DNA of 41,178 bases from a virus (Duplodnaviria; Caudoviricetes): positions 1-41,178 of the IMG/VR virus record IMGVR_UViG_3300038393_000726; one strand, written 5' to 3'. The position numbers and the translations under genes are program-made. The notes beneath the pieces are model-generated. The model was not told the DNA's origin. It saw only the letters and a list, made by a program, of their open reading frames with translations, and made no database searches. Every line of letters starts with the position of its first letter. Within the stretch, counting starts at the first letter, position 1. Below are positions 26,301 to 34,269 of this stretch, piece after piece.

Positions 26301-29300
26301 TGAGTAAAAAGACTGAAGACAGCGACATCCTCCAGGAAGCCAAGAAGCGCTTCCAAGCGTGCGAAGACTGGGAAGCCGACTTTCGCAAGCGCTTTGTCGA
26401 GGATCTGAAATTCGCCAACGCCGACCCTGAGAACGGCTGGCAGTGGGACCAGGTTCTCCAGCAGAACCGCACCGACAAGCGCAAGCCGTGCCTGACGATC
26501 AACAAGACGCGCCAGCACAACCTTCAGATCATCAACGATGCGAAGCAGAACAAGCCGGGCGTGAACATTCGTCCGGTTGGCGATGGCGCAACCTACGAAG
26601 CAGCTCAGGTGTTCGAGGGCGTTGTTCGCCATATCGAATATCAGTCCAACGCTGAGCAGGCTTACGATACCGCAACGACCTTCCAGGTTGAAGGCGGCAT
26701 CGGCTATTGGCGCGTTATCACGGATTATGTCTCGCCTGACACATTCGATCAGGAAATCTATATCAGGCGCATCAAGAACCCGGATACGGTCTATCTCGAT
26801 CCGGATATCTCGGAGGCGGATGGCTCGGACGCGCGCTTCGGTTTCATCTTCGAGGATATGAGCCGCGATAGGTTTGAGGCGGAATATCCTGACTTCAAGG
26901 GCGATGCCGATCTCGACGTGATCGGAAAGGGAGATTCCTGGTGCGCAAAGGACAGCGTTCGCATCGCTGAATATTATCGCCGGGAGCAGAAGGCGGACAA
27001 GCTCGTCGCCTTTGTCGATCCGATGACGCAGCAACAGGTCATCATCCGCAAGAGCGTGATGGATGACAACCAGAAGGCGATGTATGAACTGGTGAAGGCT
27101 GATCCGAGCACCAACGAGCGCAGCGTCCTCACGGACGAGGTGCAGTGGTTCAAGATCGCCGGCAACAAGATCATCGACCGTCGCGTCTGGCCTGGAAAAT
27201 TTGTCCCCATCGTCCGCGTGATCGGCGAAGAAACCGTCATCGAAGGCAAGATGGACCGCAAGGGCCATACCCGCGCGCTAAAAGATGCGCAGCGCATGTA
27301 CAACTACTGGCCGCTTAGTCTGGATACTCCAATCCCGACGCCGACCGGCTGGACCAAAATGGGCGATATCCAGGTTGGCGATGCCATTCTTGATGACGCC
27401 GGCAAGCCGACGCTCGTCAAGGGCATGAGCGACGTGTTTCTTGATCGGAAATGCTTCAAGGTCGTGTTTGATGATGGCTCGCATATCATTGCCGATGCCG
27501 AACATCCCTGGATTGTCGAGGAGCGCGGAAAGCGCAAGGCGGCTGGCCATGAATGGTCGAAGCGCAAACTGACGACAGAAGAGCTTATCCCGAATGCCCA
27601 TTTCATCCAGACGGCTCTCCCGCTCGATCTGCCAGCGGTTGATCTTGTCGTTGACCCGTATGTCTTGGGCGTCTGGCTTGGTGATGGCCGCAGCGATGGT
27701 GGAGAAGTAACCGCATCGATTGAAGATGAGCCGGGCATGACCGCAGCACTCCGCGCCTGTGGCGTCGATGCCGGTCCTGCAAAGCCGTCTTCAACCGCGA
27801 TGCGTATCCCGATTTATGGCCTTGTGGGCGATCTTCGCAAGGCGGGTGTGTTTGGCAACAAGCATATCCCGACTGGCTATCTACGCGCATCCTATGATCA
27901 GCGCCTTGCGCTTTTGCAGGGTTTGATGGACACGGACGGAAACGTCAACCGCGCGACTCTGCAATGCTCGTTCGATAACACCAATCCAGTCCTTATGGCT
28001 GGCGTGGTGGAATTGATCCGCTCGTTGGGCATCAAGGCCTTTGTCAAGAAGCTCGGCGGCAGGACGCATAAATTCCCTAGCGGGAAAACCTATGAATGTT
28101 CTCCGTCGGAGAGGGTGACTTTCTCGACCGATCTTCCTGTTTTCAGGATGGAACGGAAGGCCCTTATTTTGAATTGCGGGCGCAAGCAGCATCCCCGCCG
28201 CACGAAACGTCACGCCATTAGGGATGTGATTGAAGTTCCGTCGGTCCCGGTGCGTTGCGTGTCTATCGACAGCCCCTCGCATCTGTTCCTTGCTGGCCCC
28301 AGCATGGTCCCGACGCACAACACATCGGAAGGCACCGCTCAGGTCGCGCTTCAGACCCAGACGCCGTATATCGCTGCTGTGGAGGCCACCGAGGGATTGG
28401 AGACCTATTGGGCCAAGTCCAATCTCGATGACGCGGCCTATCTGCCTTACAACGCCTATGCGGAAGATGGGACGAGGACCATTCCTCCCCCGCAGCGCAC
28501 GCAGCCGCCGCAGATGGCATCCGCCTACATCGACGGCATGCGCATTTGCGAAAACCAATTGATGATGGCCTCGGGCCAGTATCAGAGCCAGTTCGGCCAG
28601 AACGAGAATGCAACCTCCGGCAAGGCAATCAACGAGCGCCAGCGCCAGGGCGACAACGCCACCTATCACTACATCGACAATCTGGCGATCGGCATCAAAT
28701 ACACGGGCAAGATCCTCATCGACCTGATCCCGAAGATTTACGACACGCCGCGCGTCATCCGCATTCTTGCTAAGGATGGAACGGAAGGCGCCGTCCAGAT
28801 CGATCCGAACGCGCGACAGGCTCACCAGCCGACGCAAGACCCCAACCAGGAGCCGGACGAAAACCAGACGGTTTCGGCCATCTTCAATCCGAACGTCGGC
28901 CGCTATGAGATCGAGAGCGACACCGGCCCAGGTTATGCCACCCGTAGGCAGGAAGCGTTCAATGCGATGACGCAGATTGCGGCGCAGGACAAGGGCTTCC
29001 TCGAAAAGGCTGGCGACCTGTACTGGAAGGCAGCCGATTTCCCGATGGCCGATGAGTTGGCCGAACGTTATGCGAATACAATCCCGGCTGCTGTGAAGGG
29101 CAAAGGACCGCCGCCAGAGGTTCAGCGGCTTCAGGGCCAGTTGCAGCAGGCGCAGGACGCCATTGCCAAGCTGACCCAGCAGTTGAACGACAAGGAGAAG
29201 GAAATCAACATCAAGGCCTTCGACTCCGAATCGAAGCGCATCACGGCGATTGGCAATTCCGGCCCGGCGATCACGCCAGACCAGATACAGCCGCTTATCC

Positions 29301-29440
29301 GCCAGACCTTGATTGAAATCCTCACAGGAGGGCCGCCAGAGGGCGGTCAGGGGCAGCAGATGCCGGCCGAACAGCCGCAAGCGCCTCAGCAGCCGCCTAT
29401 GGGTCAGCCAATGCCAATGCAGCCGGGAATGCAGCAGTGA
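26300..29440 (+). CDS. Portal protein (P22 gp1-like) containing an intein
   Basis: G.QW, PCLTINK, GGIGYWRV, KDAQRMYNYW, SGKAINERQRQG and GPGYATRRQEA; TGATG overlap with terL. Confidence 0.95.
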   Translation: MSKKTEDSDILQEAKKRFQACEDWEADFRKRFVEDLKFANADPENGWQWDQVLQQNRTDKRKPCLTINKTRQHNLQIINDAKQNKPGVNIRPVGDGATYEAAQVFEGVVRHIEYQSNAEQAYDTATTFQVEGGIGYWRVITDYVSPDTFDQEIYIRRIKNPDTVYLDPDISEADGSDARFGFIFEDMSRDRFEAEYPDFKGDADLDVIGKGDSWCAKDSVRIAEYYRREQKADKLVAFVDPMTQQQVIIRKSVMDDNQKAMYELVKADPSTNERSVLTDEVQWFKIAGNKIIDRRVWPGKFVPIVRVIGEETVIEGKMDRKGHTRALKDAQRMYNYWPLSLDTPIPTPTGWTKMGDIQVGDAILDDAGKPTLVKGMSDVFLDRKCFKVVFDDGSHIIADAEHPWIVEERGKRKAAGHEWSKRKLTTEELIPNAHFIQTALPLDLPAVDLVVDPYVLGVWLGDGRSDGGEVTASIEDEPGMTAALRACGVDAGPAKPSSTAMRIPIYGLVGDLRKAGVFGNKHIPTGYLRASYDQRLALLQGLMDTDGNVNRATLQCSFDNTNPVLMAGVVELIRSLGIKAFVKKLGGRTHKFPSGKTYECSPSERVTFSTDLPVFRMERKALILNCGRKQHPRRTKRHAIRDVIEVPSVPVRCVSIDSPSHLFLAGPSMVPTHNTSEGTAQVALQTQTPYIAAVEATEGLETYWAKSNLDDAAYLPYNAYAEDGTRTIPPPQRTQPPQMASAYIDGMRICENQLMMASGQYQSQFGQNENATSGKAINERQRQGDNATYHYIDNLAIGIKYTGKILIDLIPKIYDTPRVIRILAKDGTEGAVQIDPNARQAHQPTQDPNQEPDENQTVSAIFNPNVGRYEIESDTGPGYATRRQEAFNAMTQIAAQDKGFLEKAGDLYWKAADFPMADELAERYANTIPAAVKGKGPPPEVQRLQGQLQQAQDAIAKLTQQLNDKEKEINIKAFDSESKRITAIGNSGPAITPDQIQPLIRQTLIEILTGGPPEGGQGQQMPAEQPQAPQQPPMGQPMPMQPGMQQ
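27311..28321 (+). mobile_element. Class 3 intein (337 aa) with LAGLIDADG homing endonuclease
   Basis: Block A PLSLDTPIPTPTGW, block B ADAEHPW, LGVWLGDG and LQGLMDTDG, block F VRCVSID, block G PTHN followed by Thr+1. Confidence 0.93.
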
Positions 29441-29712
29441 CGGATTTGAAGGAACGAGTGGCGCGGGCTATTTGGGAACGGCGCCGGGCATTCTCCATGC
29501 TGGAATATGGGATCGAATTAGAGCCTTGGGGTGATGGGCGTATCCCTGAAGCAAATGGCGTGATTTTCGAGGCTATGGCTGCAATCGAGGCCGTAAAGCA
29601 ATCCGACGAGATGCGTCAATTGAATGACGCACAAACCTTCATCAGCACTCCGGGCTTCTTCGCCTCCCGTGACGAAGATTATTCCTATGGCTGGCCGGAG
29701 ATCGACGCATGA
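29437..29712 (+). CDS. Hypothetical phage protein
   Basis: GTGA coupling; LKERVARAI motif; lower GC. Confidence 0.6.
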   Translation: MTDLKERVARAIWERRRAFSMLEYGIELEPWGDGRIPEANGVIFEAMAAIEAVKQSDEMRQLNDAQTFISTPGFFASRDEDYSYGWPEIDA

Positions 29713-30014
29713 ACATCAACATCCGCTCCGGTGACGTTCCGATTCTCATCCGCAAGACCGCCGAGGAAATCGCTGGCACCTTCTACGAGTTGTCCCGCAC
29801 CGATCGTTTCCGGGCCGAGGCCGGCTCTCAGAAGCAGTTCATCCGCCGGCATTGGAAGGATCATCTCGGCAACGCGGTGCAGAGCCTTGCGGGACTTTTG
29901 GGCCAGCCTGGTTTCCCCGAGGATCAGAAGTTGCAGATCCACGATGCGATCCTTGAATTCCACGAGCGCGCCAAACCCGGCACGCCGAAGCTTTCCATGG
30001 GAAATTGGCAGTGA
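29709..30014 (+). CDS. Hypothetical protein
   Basis: GGAG SD, coupled. Confidence 0.7.
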   Translation: MNINIRSGDVPILIRKTAEEIAGTFYELSRTDRFRAEAGSQKQFIRRHWKDHLGNAVQSLAGLLGQPGFPEDQKLQIHDAILEFHERAKPGTPKLSMGNWQ

Positions 30015-30160
30015 TGATGTACCATCAATATATGGGCCTCAATGTTGCCCAGCTTCGGGCGGCGATCAATTTCATTTGCTCGCATCGCCGTCACTATTCT
30101 GACGCCGACAAACGTCTGGCGTTTTTGGCCTGTGAACTGTCGAGAGAGGTAGCCCGATGA
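30014..30160 (+). CDS. Hypothetical 48-aa protein
   Basis: Stop/start overlaps on both sides. Confidence 0.5.
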   Translation: MMYHQYMGLNVAQLRAAINFICSHRRHYSDADKRLAFLACELSREVAR

Positions 30161-30249
30161 GCAAGATCGCTTACAAGCCTGCCAAGAAGGACAAGGACGA
30201 CAAGAAGCCCATGAAGGGCGGCAAGGGCTATTGCGGGAAGGCGAAGTGA
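30157..30249 (+). CDS. 30-aa Lys-rich peptide MSKIAYKPAKKDKDDKKPMKGGKGYCGKAK
   Basis: GAGG SD, exclusive AAG Lys codons, coupled. Confidence 0.6.
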   Translation: MSKIAYKPAKKDKDDKKPMKGGKGYCGKAK

Positions 30250-30425
30250 TGGCGACCCACTCCTATTCCCCGAAAGCCGCGGCCAAGGGCAAAGACATCG
30301 GTAAGCCCGGCAAGCAGTTCTCCAAGATCGAGAAATCTGCCGCTAAGGAATATGGCTCTAAGGCCGCTGGCGAAAAAGTTGCCGGCGCCGTGCTGTCCAA
30401 GCTTCGCGCGAAGAAGGGCAAGTAG
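30249..30425 (+). CDS. 58-aa Lys-rich basic protein
   Basis: TGATG coupling, biased codons. Confidence 0.7.
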   Translation: MATHSYSPKAAAKGKDIGKPGKQFSKIEKSAAKEYGSKAAGEKVAGAVLSKLRAKKGK

Positions 30426-30437
30426 CCCGACCGGAAT

Positions 30438-30484
30438 CCCGACACGGCGGGTAACCGTGGCACGTACCGGCGCGTAACACCGGG
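30438..30484 (+). promoter_or_regulatory. Two tandem predicted H-type pseudoknots in the scaffold leader
   Basis: CCCG/CGGG with CACGG/CCGTG; ACGT/GCGT with CCGG/CCGG. Confidence 0.5.
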
Positions 30485-30503
30485 CTCTCCAACATGGTGA
30501 ACC

Positions 30504-31316
30504 ATGGCTGACGAAGAACTGGACCCCACGCAGGGGGCGCCGGAAGGCGAAACTGTGGTCAATCCGGGTGATGAAGCGCCTGCACCGGAGCAGGAAACCG
30601 AAATAGAGCAGCCTGAAGGCGAAGCGGAACAGCCGGGAACCCCGGAGGAACCCGAAAAGCCCGAGGAGCAGCCAAAGCCGGAGAAGAAGAAGACCCCTTG
30701 GGAACTTCGCCGGATCAACGAAGAGACCAACAAGCGCCGCGAGGCTGAAAAGCGCCTTGCCGAGGCTGAGGCCGAACTGAAGCGTCTGCGCACTCCCAAG
30801 CCTGCTTCTACCGAAGAGCCAGAGCATCTCGATGTCGAGGCAATCCGCGCCCAGGAGCGTGACCGCATTCGCCTGGAGGAGGCCGGAAGGCTAGAAACCG
30901 AGCGCTTCAATGCCGCCTGTAACCAGGTCTACGAAAAGGGCGTTGCTGCGTTTGGCACGGATTTCGACAACGCCACGGCCACGCTGAGCCAGGCTCTTGG
31001 CGATGAGATGCAGAAGCGCCCTGAGTTCCTACAGGCAATAACCGAATTGGATAACGGCCATCAGGTCTATTACGAGTTGAGCCGCAATCCCGAAGAAGCC
31101 GAGCGCCTGCTGAGGATGTCTCCGGTCAAGATGGCACTGGAGATTGCCAAGATGAGTGCAAACGTTTCTAAGCCTGCCCCCAAGCCGATTTCGAAGGCTC
31201 CGGCTCCCGTCGCTCCTGTCGGCGGCACTGCCAAGCCCTCTGTGCGGTTGGAGGATGATCTTCCGATGGACCAGTGGGCGGACAAGTACCTCCGCGATCT
31301 GGCTAAGAAGGTCTAG
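30504..31316 (+). CDS. Scaffolding protein
   Basis: Acidic Pro-rich N-terminus, coiled coil, ISKAPAPVAPVGG C-terminal motif; between portal and coat. Confidence 0.85.
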   Translation: MADEELDPTQGAPEGETVVNPGDEAPAPEQETEIEQPEGEAEQPGTPEEPEKPEEQPKPEKKKTPWELRRINEETNKRREAEKRLAEAEAELKRLRTPKPASTEEPEHLDVEAIRAQERDRIRLEEAGRLETERFNAACNQVYEKGVAAFGTDFDNATATLSQALGDEMQKRPEFLQAITELDNGHQVYYELSRNPEEAERLLRMSPVKMALEIAKMSANVSKPAPKPISKAPAPVAPVGGTAKPSVRLEDDLPMDQWADKYLRDLAKKV

Positions 31317-31318
31317 AT

Positions 31319-31582
31319 CTAAAGTGTAGGATGGGTGTCGTAAGTCCTAGGATCTAATTTGTCCGACCACTTACCCCAATACAGCGTGGCATAGATACCC
31401 TTGATAATTTCGTCCTGCATAAGGCCGCGAAATTCAGCGGTATCCCAATGTATAAATTCAGGGGGCGGGCTTTTCTTACTAATCTCCTCTATGATTTTGG
31501 ATCTAGCGACATCCTCGTCCAAGTCCGCGTAACCGTGAACGTATAACGTACTCGACCTTCTAACGTTGAGGAATTGTTTCAT
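31319..31582 (-). CDS. AT-rich moron, hypothetical 87-aa protein
   Basis: Much lower GC than flanks, opposite strand, AGGAG SD, own promoter. Confidence 0.75.
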   Translation of the reverse strand: MKQFLNVRRSSTLYVHGYADLDEDVARSKIIEEISKKSPPPEFIHWDTAEFRGLMQDEIIKGIYATLYWGKWSDKLDPRTYDTHPTL

Positions 31583-31605
31583 TTAATGCTCCTTCTGAAG
31601 CATTG

Positions 31606-31634
31606 AATATACCACTATTCCGCAATGGAATCAA
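31606..31634 (-). promoter_or_regulatory. Moron promoter
   Basis: TTGATT-N17-TATATT with TG extension. Confidence 0.7.
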
Positions 31635-31641
31635 TTAACTA

Positions 31642-31728
31642 AGCGACCGGAAGCTATAGTCCGGGTTCCTCGCCTACCGGGGCGTTAAGCCGGGTTCATG
31701 TCCCGTCAATCGCGGTCACGGGCACCGC
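31642..31728 (+). promoter_or_regulatory. Three tandem predicted H-type pseudoknots in the coat leader
   Basis: AGC/GCT with CCGGA/TCCGG; CGCC/GGCG with CCGG/CCGG; CCCGT/ACGGG with GCGGT/ACCGC. Confidence 0.5.
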
Positions 31729-31786
31729 ATCACCGGCAGTTTGAAAGGCTGCCTCCCCTCAGCATTTGCCCGAAAGGACCGCCCCA

Positions 31787-33007
31787 ATGGCTGGTAACAC
31801 GATCCTCACGATCGACATGATCACCCGCGCCGCTGTTTCGCTCTTCAAGAACAGCAACATGTTCATCAAGAATCTGAACACACAATACGACGATAACTTC
31901 GCCATCGACGGCGCGAAGATCGGCGACTCCCTGCGTATCCGCCTGCCGAACGACTTCACCGTCCGTCACGGCGCCGCGCTGTCTGCTCAGGACACCTCGG
32001 AAAAGTTCACCTCGCTGAAGCTCCAGACGCAATCTGGTGTGGACGTTGCCTTCTCGACCGCCGAGCGCGCCCTGAAGATCGACGACTACTCCACCCGCGT
32101 TCTCATGCCCATGATGAACAACCTCGCTGGCGACATCGCGGCTGACATCATGAGCGGCGCTGACGGCGGCGTGTGCAACTACGTTTCGAACGTGGATGGC
32201 TCGAACAACGTCATCTCGCCGAACGCTGCAACGATCCTCCAGGCCCAGGCGTCGCTCAACGACAACTCGGCCCCGATGCAGCCCGGCCGCAAGCTGGTTG
32301 AAGATCCGTGGACGGAAGCCAACGTTGTGGCGACCCTCTCCGGTCTGTTCAACCCGTCGCAGGCCATTTCGGAGCAGTATCGCTCCGGCCAGATGAAGAA
32401 TGCCCTTGGGTTTGACTTCTTCATGGACCAGACGGTCATCAAGCACACGACCGGCTCGTATGACTCGGCCGCCGCAACCTCCAGCGCCGGCCAGACCGGC
32501 TCGACCATCGCGGTGGGTGCCATCAACGGCACGCTGAACAAGGGCGACATCATCACCATCGACGGTGTGTATGGCGTCAACTACGTGTTCAAGAAGACCA
32601 CCGGCAAGCTGCGCCAGTTCGTCGTGACGGCGAATGTGGCTTCGGGCGCGACCTCGATCCCGATCTACCCGGCCATTGTTCCCCCGAACGCCGGCCAGGC
32701 TGTGCAGTACCAGACGGTCACGGCGTCCCCGGCCAACTCGGCCGTCGTGCGCCTCGCCAGCAAGGCGTCGGAAACGTATCGCAAGAACCTTGCCTACGCT
32801 CCCGAGTCCGTCACGCTGGCCACCGCCGACCTGGTGCTACCGAAGGGCGTCCACGAGGCTGCCCGTCGCAACTACGACGGCATCTCGATGCGCATGATCA
32901 CCGACTATGTGATCGGCACAGACCAGCTCGCGACGAGGCTTGATGTAATTTACGGCTACCTCTTCGTAAGACCGGAATGGTTGGTTATTGTGGCGGACAA
33001 AATTTAA
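31787..33007 (+). CDS. Major capsid protein, P22 gp5-like
   Basis: NTILTIDMITR, GAKIGDSLRIRLP, GDIITIDGVYGVN...LRQFVV and RLDVIYG; AAGGA SD. Confidence 0.93.
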   Translation: MAGNTILTIDMITRAAVSLFKNSNMFIKNLNTQYDDNFAIDGAKIGDSLRIRLPNDFTVRHGAALSAQDTSEKFTSLKLQTQSGVDVAFSTAERALKIDDYSTRVLMPMMNNLAGDIAADIMSGADGGVCNYVSNVDGSNNVISPNAATILQAQASLNDNSAPMQPGRKLVEDPWTEANVVATLSGLFNPSQAISEQYRSGQMKNALGFDFFMDQTVIKHTTGSYDSAAATSSAGQTGSTIAVGAINGTLNKGDIITIDGVYGVNYVFKKTTGKLRQFVVTANVASGATSIPIYPAIVPPNAGQAVQYQTVTASPANSAVVRLASKASETYRKNLAYAPESVTLATADLVLPKGVHEAARRNYDGISMRMITDYVIGTDQLATRLDVIYGYLFVRPEWLVIVADKI

Positions 33008-33049
33008 TATAGTTGTCCGTTCTAGGATTGTAATAATCCTATTTAAGCA

Positions 33050-33083
33050 GTACCATCCGGGGCTTAACAACCTCGGATGGTAC
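33050..33083 (+). promoter_or_regulatory. Hairpin immediately 5' of the endonuclease start codon
   Basis: GTACCATCCGGGG-N8-CCTCGGATGGTAC, ending 3 nt before ATG 33087. Confidence 0.65.
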
Positions 33084-33086
33084 ATC

Positions 33087-33893
33087 ATGGCTGGAAGTCG
33101 AACTAAGGATTTAACGGGTCAGGTCTTTGGGGATCTGACTGTCATTCAACAGGCAGAGAGCGTTGCGTCTGGGTCGGCGTGGTGGTGCAAATGCTCTTGC
33201 GGTCGCGTGGTTTCAGTCGCGCTGTCTAATCTCCGCAGAGGCCAAAGCAGATGCGGAGGGTGCGGACTAAGCCATGCACGGGTTGACCTAGTGGGGCGTC
33301 GATTTGGACGACTAGAGGTCAAGGAATTCAGCCACACCCATCGAACCAGACCATATTGGTATTGCGTTTGCGATTGTGGCTCTGACACGGTTGTGCTGGC
33401 CGGTTCTCTGGTGTCGGGAAATACTCAATCTTGCGGCTGTCTAGGCATCGAGCGCAGAACGCAAGCCGTAGTCACTCACGGCATGACCAAGCACCCTCTC
33501 TATGACGCTTGGGTCAACATGAAGCAGCGCTGCCAGAATGAGGCGCACAGGCACTACAGCCGCTACGGCGGGCGCGGCATACGAGTTTGCGAGCGGTGGG
33601 AATCGTTCCAGGCTTTCGCGGACGACATGCAGCCCACATGGGTTAAGGGCCTGACGCTCGAACGTGAGGACGTGAACGGCCATTATGAGCCGTCAAACTG
33701 CACCTGGGTCACGCGACAGCAGCAAGCCCAGAACAAGGAAAAGACCATCAAGGTTGAGCTAGACGGCCAGACGTACACGCTCCCTGAACTGGCAGAGAAA
33801 TATTCGATCAATCAACACTCGCTTTGGAACCGCTGGAAAGTCGGCAAGCGCGGTTCGGACCTCGTGAAGCCGGTGCGAAAGAAGCGAGAATGA
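33087..33893 (+). CDS. Free-standing HNH-type homing endonuclease
   Basis: Two DL.G..FG.L.V / W.C.C.CG repeats, MKQRC, YGGRGIRVCERW and TLEREDVNGHYEPSNCTW. Confidence 0.9.
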   Translation: MAGSRTKDLTGQVFGDLTVIQQAESVASGSAWWCKCSCGRVVSVALSNLRRGQSRCGGCGLSHARVDLVGRRFGRLEVKEFSHTHRTRPYWYCVCDCGSDTVVLAGSLVSGNTQSCGCLGIERRTQAVVTHGMTKHPLYDAWVNMKQRCQNEAHRHYSRYGGRGIRVCERWESFQAFADDMQPTWVKGLTLEREDVNGHYEPSNCTWVTRQQQAQNKEKTIKVELDGQTYTLPELAEKYSINQHSLWNRWKVGKRGSDLVKPVRKKRE

Positions 33894-34090
33894 ACCGCTA
33901 CCCACTCCTTCGCTACCACAATCTGACCGGACAACAGCGGATCGTCCTGAGCGCTGAGGAAGAGGCTGAGCTAGGCCCAGAATGGGGCAACGCTCAGACC
34001 GATGTCCGTTATCCCACCAATCCCGCGCCGATCATCAAGACGCGCAAATCCCCGCCTATCTTCTCCATCGAAATCCCGGAAGCCAAATGA
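33890..34090 (+). CDS. Small head-region protein
   Basis: ATGA coupling; YP...Y....G...IV...EE motif. Confidence 0.65.
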   Translation: MNRYPLLRYHNLTGQQRIVLSAEEEAELGPEWGNAQTDVRYPTNPAPIIKTRKSPPIFSIEIPEAK

Positions 34091-34269
34091 CGCATCAGAT
34101 GTATCCCATGGCGGTCTACTCGCCCGAGGGGCAGATGTTCATCGTCGAGAATGACGAAGAGCGCTCCGCCATAGTGGCTCAATGGGAAGTAGCGCCCGAG
34201 GCTGGCGACGCTGAAACGCCGGACGAAATCATCAAGCGCGGCCCTGGTCGCCCCCGGAAGAATCCATGA
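34087..34269 (+). CDS. Small head-region protein with AT-hook
   Basis: ATGA coupling; C-terminal KRGPGRPRK. Confidence 0.7.
   Translation: MTHQMYPMAVYSPEGQMFIVENDEERSAIVAQWEVAPEAGDAETPDEIIKRGPGRPRKNP

Noticed and set aside
27881-29380. 499-aa minus-strand ORF (also 26195-27268 and 23572-24648)
   Set aside because: Mirror frames of strongly codon-biased late genes.
29330-29440. Gln/Pro/Met low-complexity repeat at the portal C-terminus
   Set aside because: Ordinary disordered tail of P22-like portals, not a distinct repeat element.
30426-31730. CRISPR-like or iteron repeats (recurring ACCGG...CCGGG)
   Set aside because: No constant repeat length or spacer periodicity; better explained as RNA structure units.
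32988-33086. Coat-to-endonuclease frameshift fusion (endonuclease frame is open back across the coat stop)
   Set aside because: It would need a +1 shift with no canonical signal, and the 33 extra codons cover hairpins and are not protein-like.
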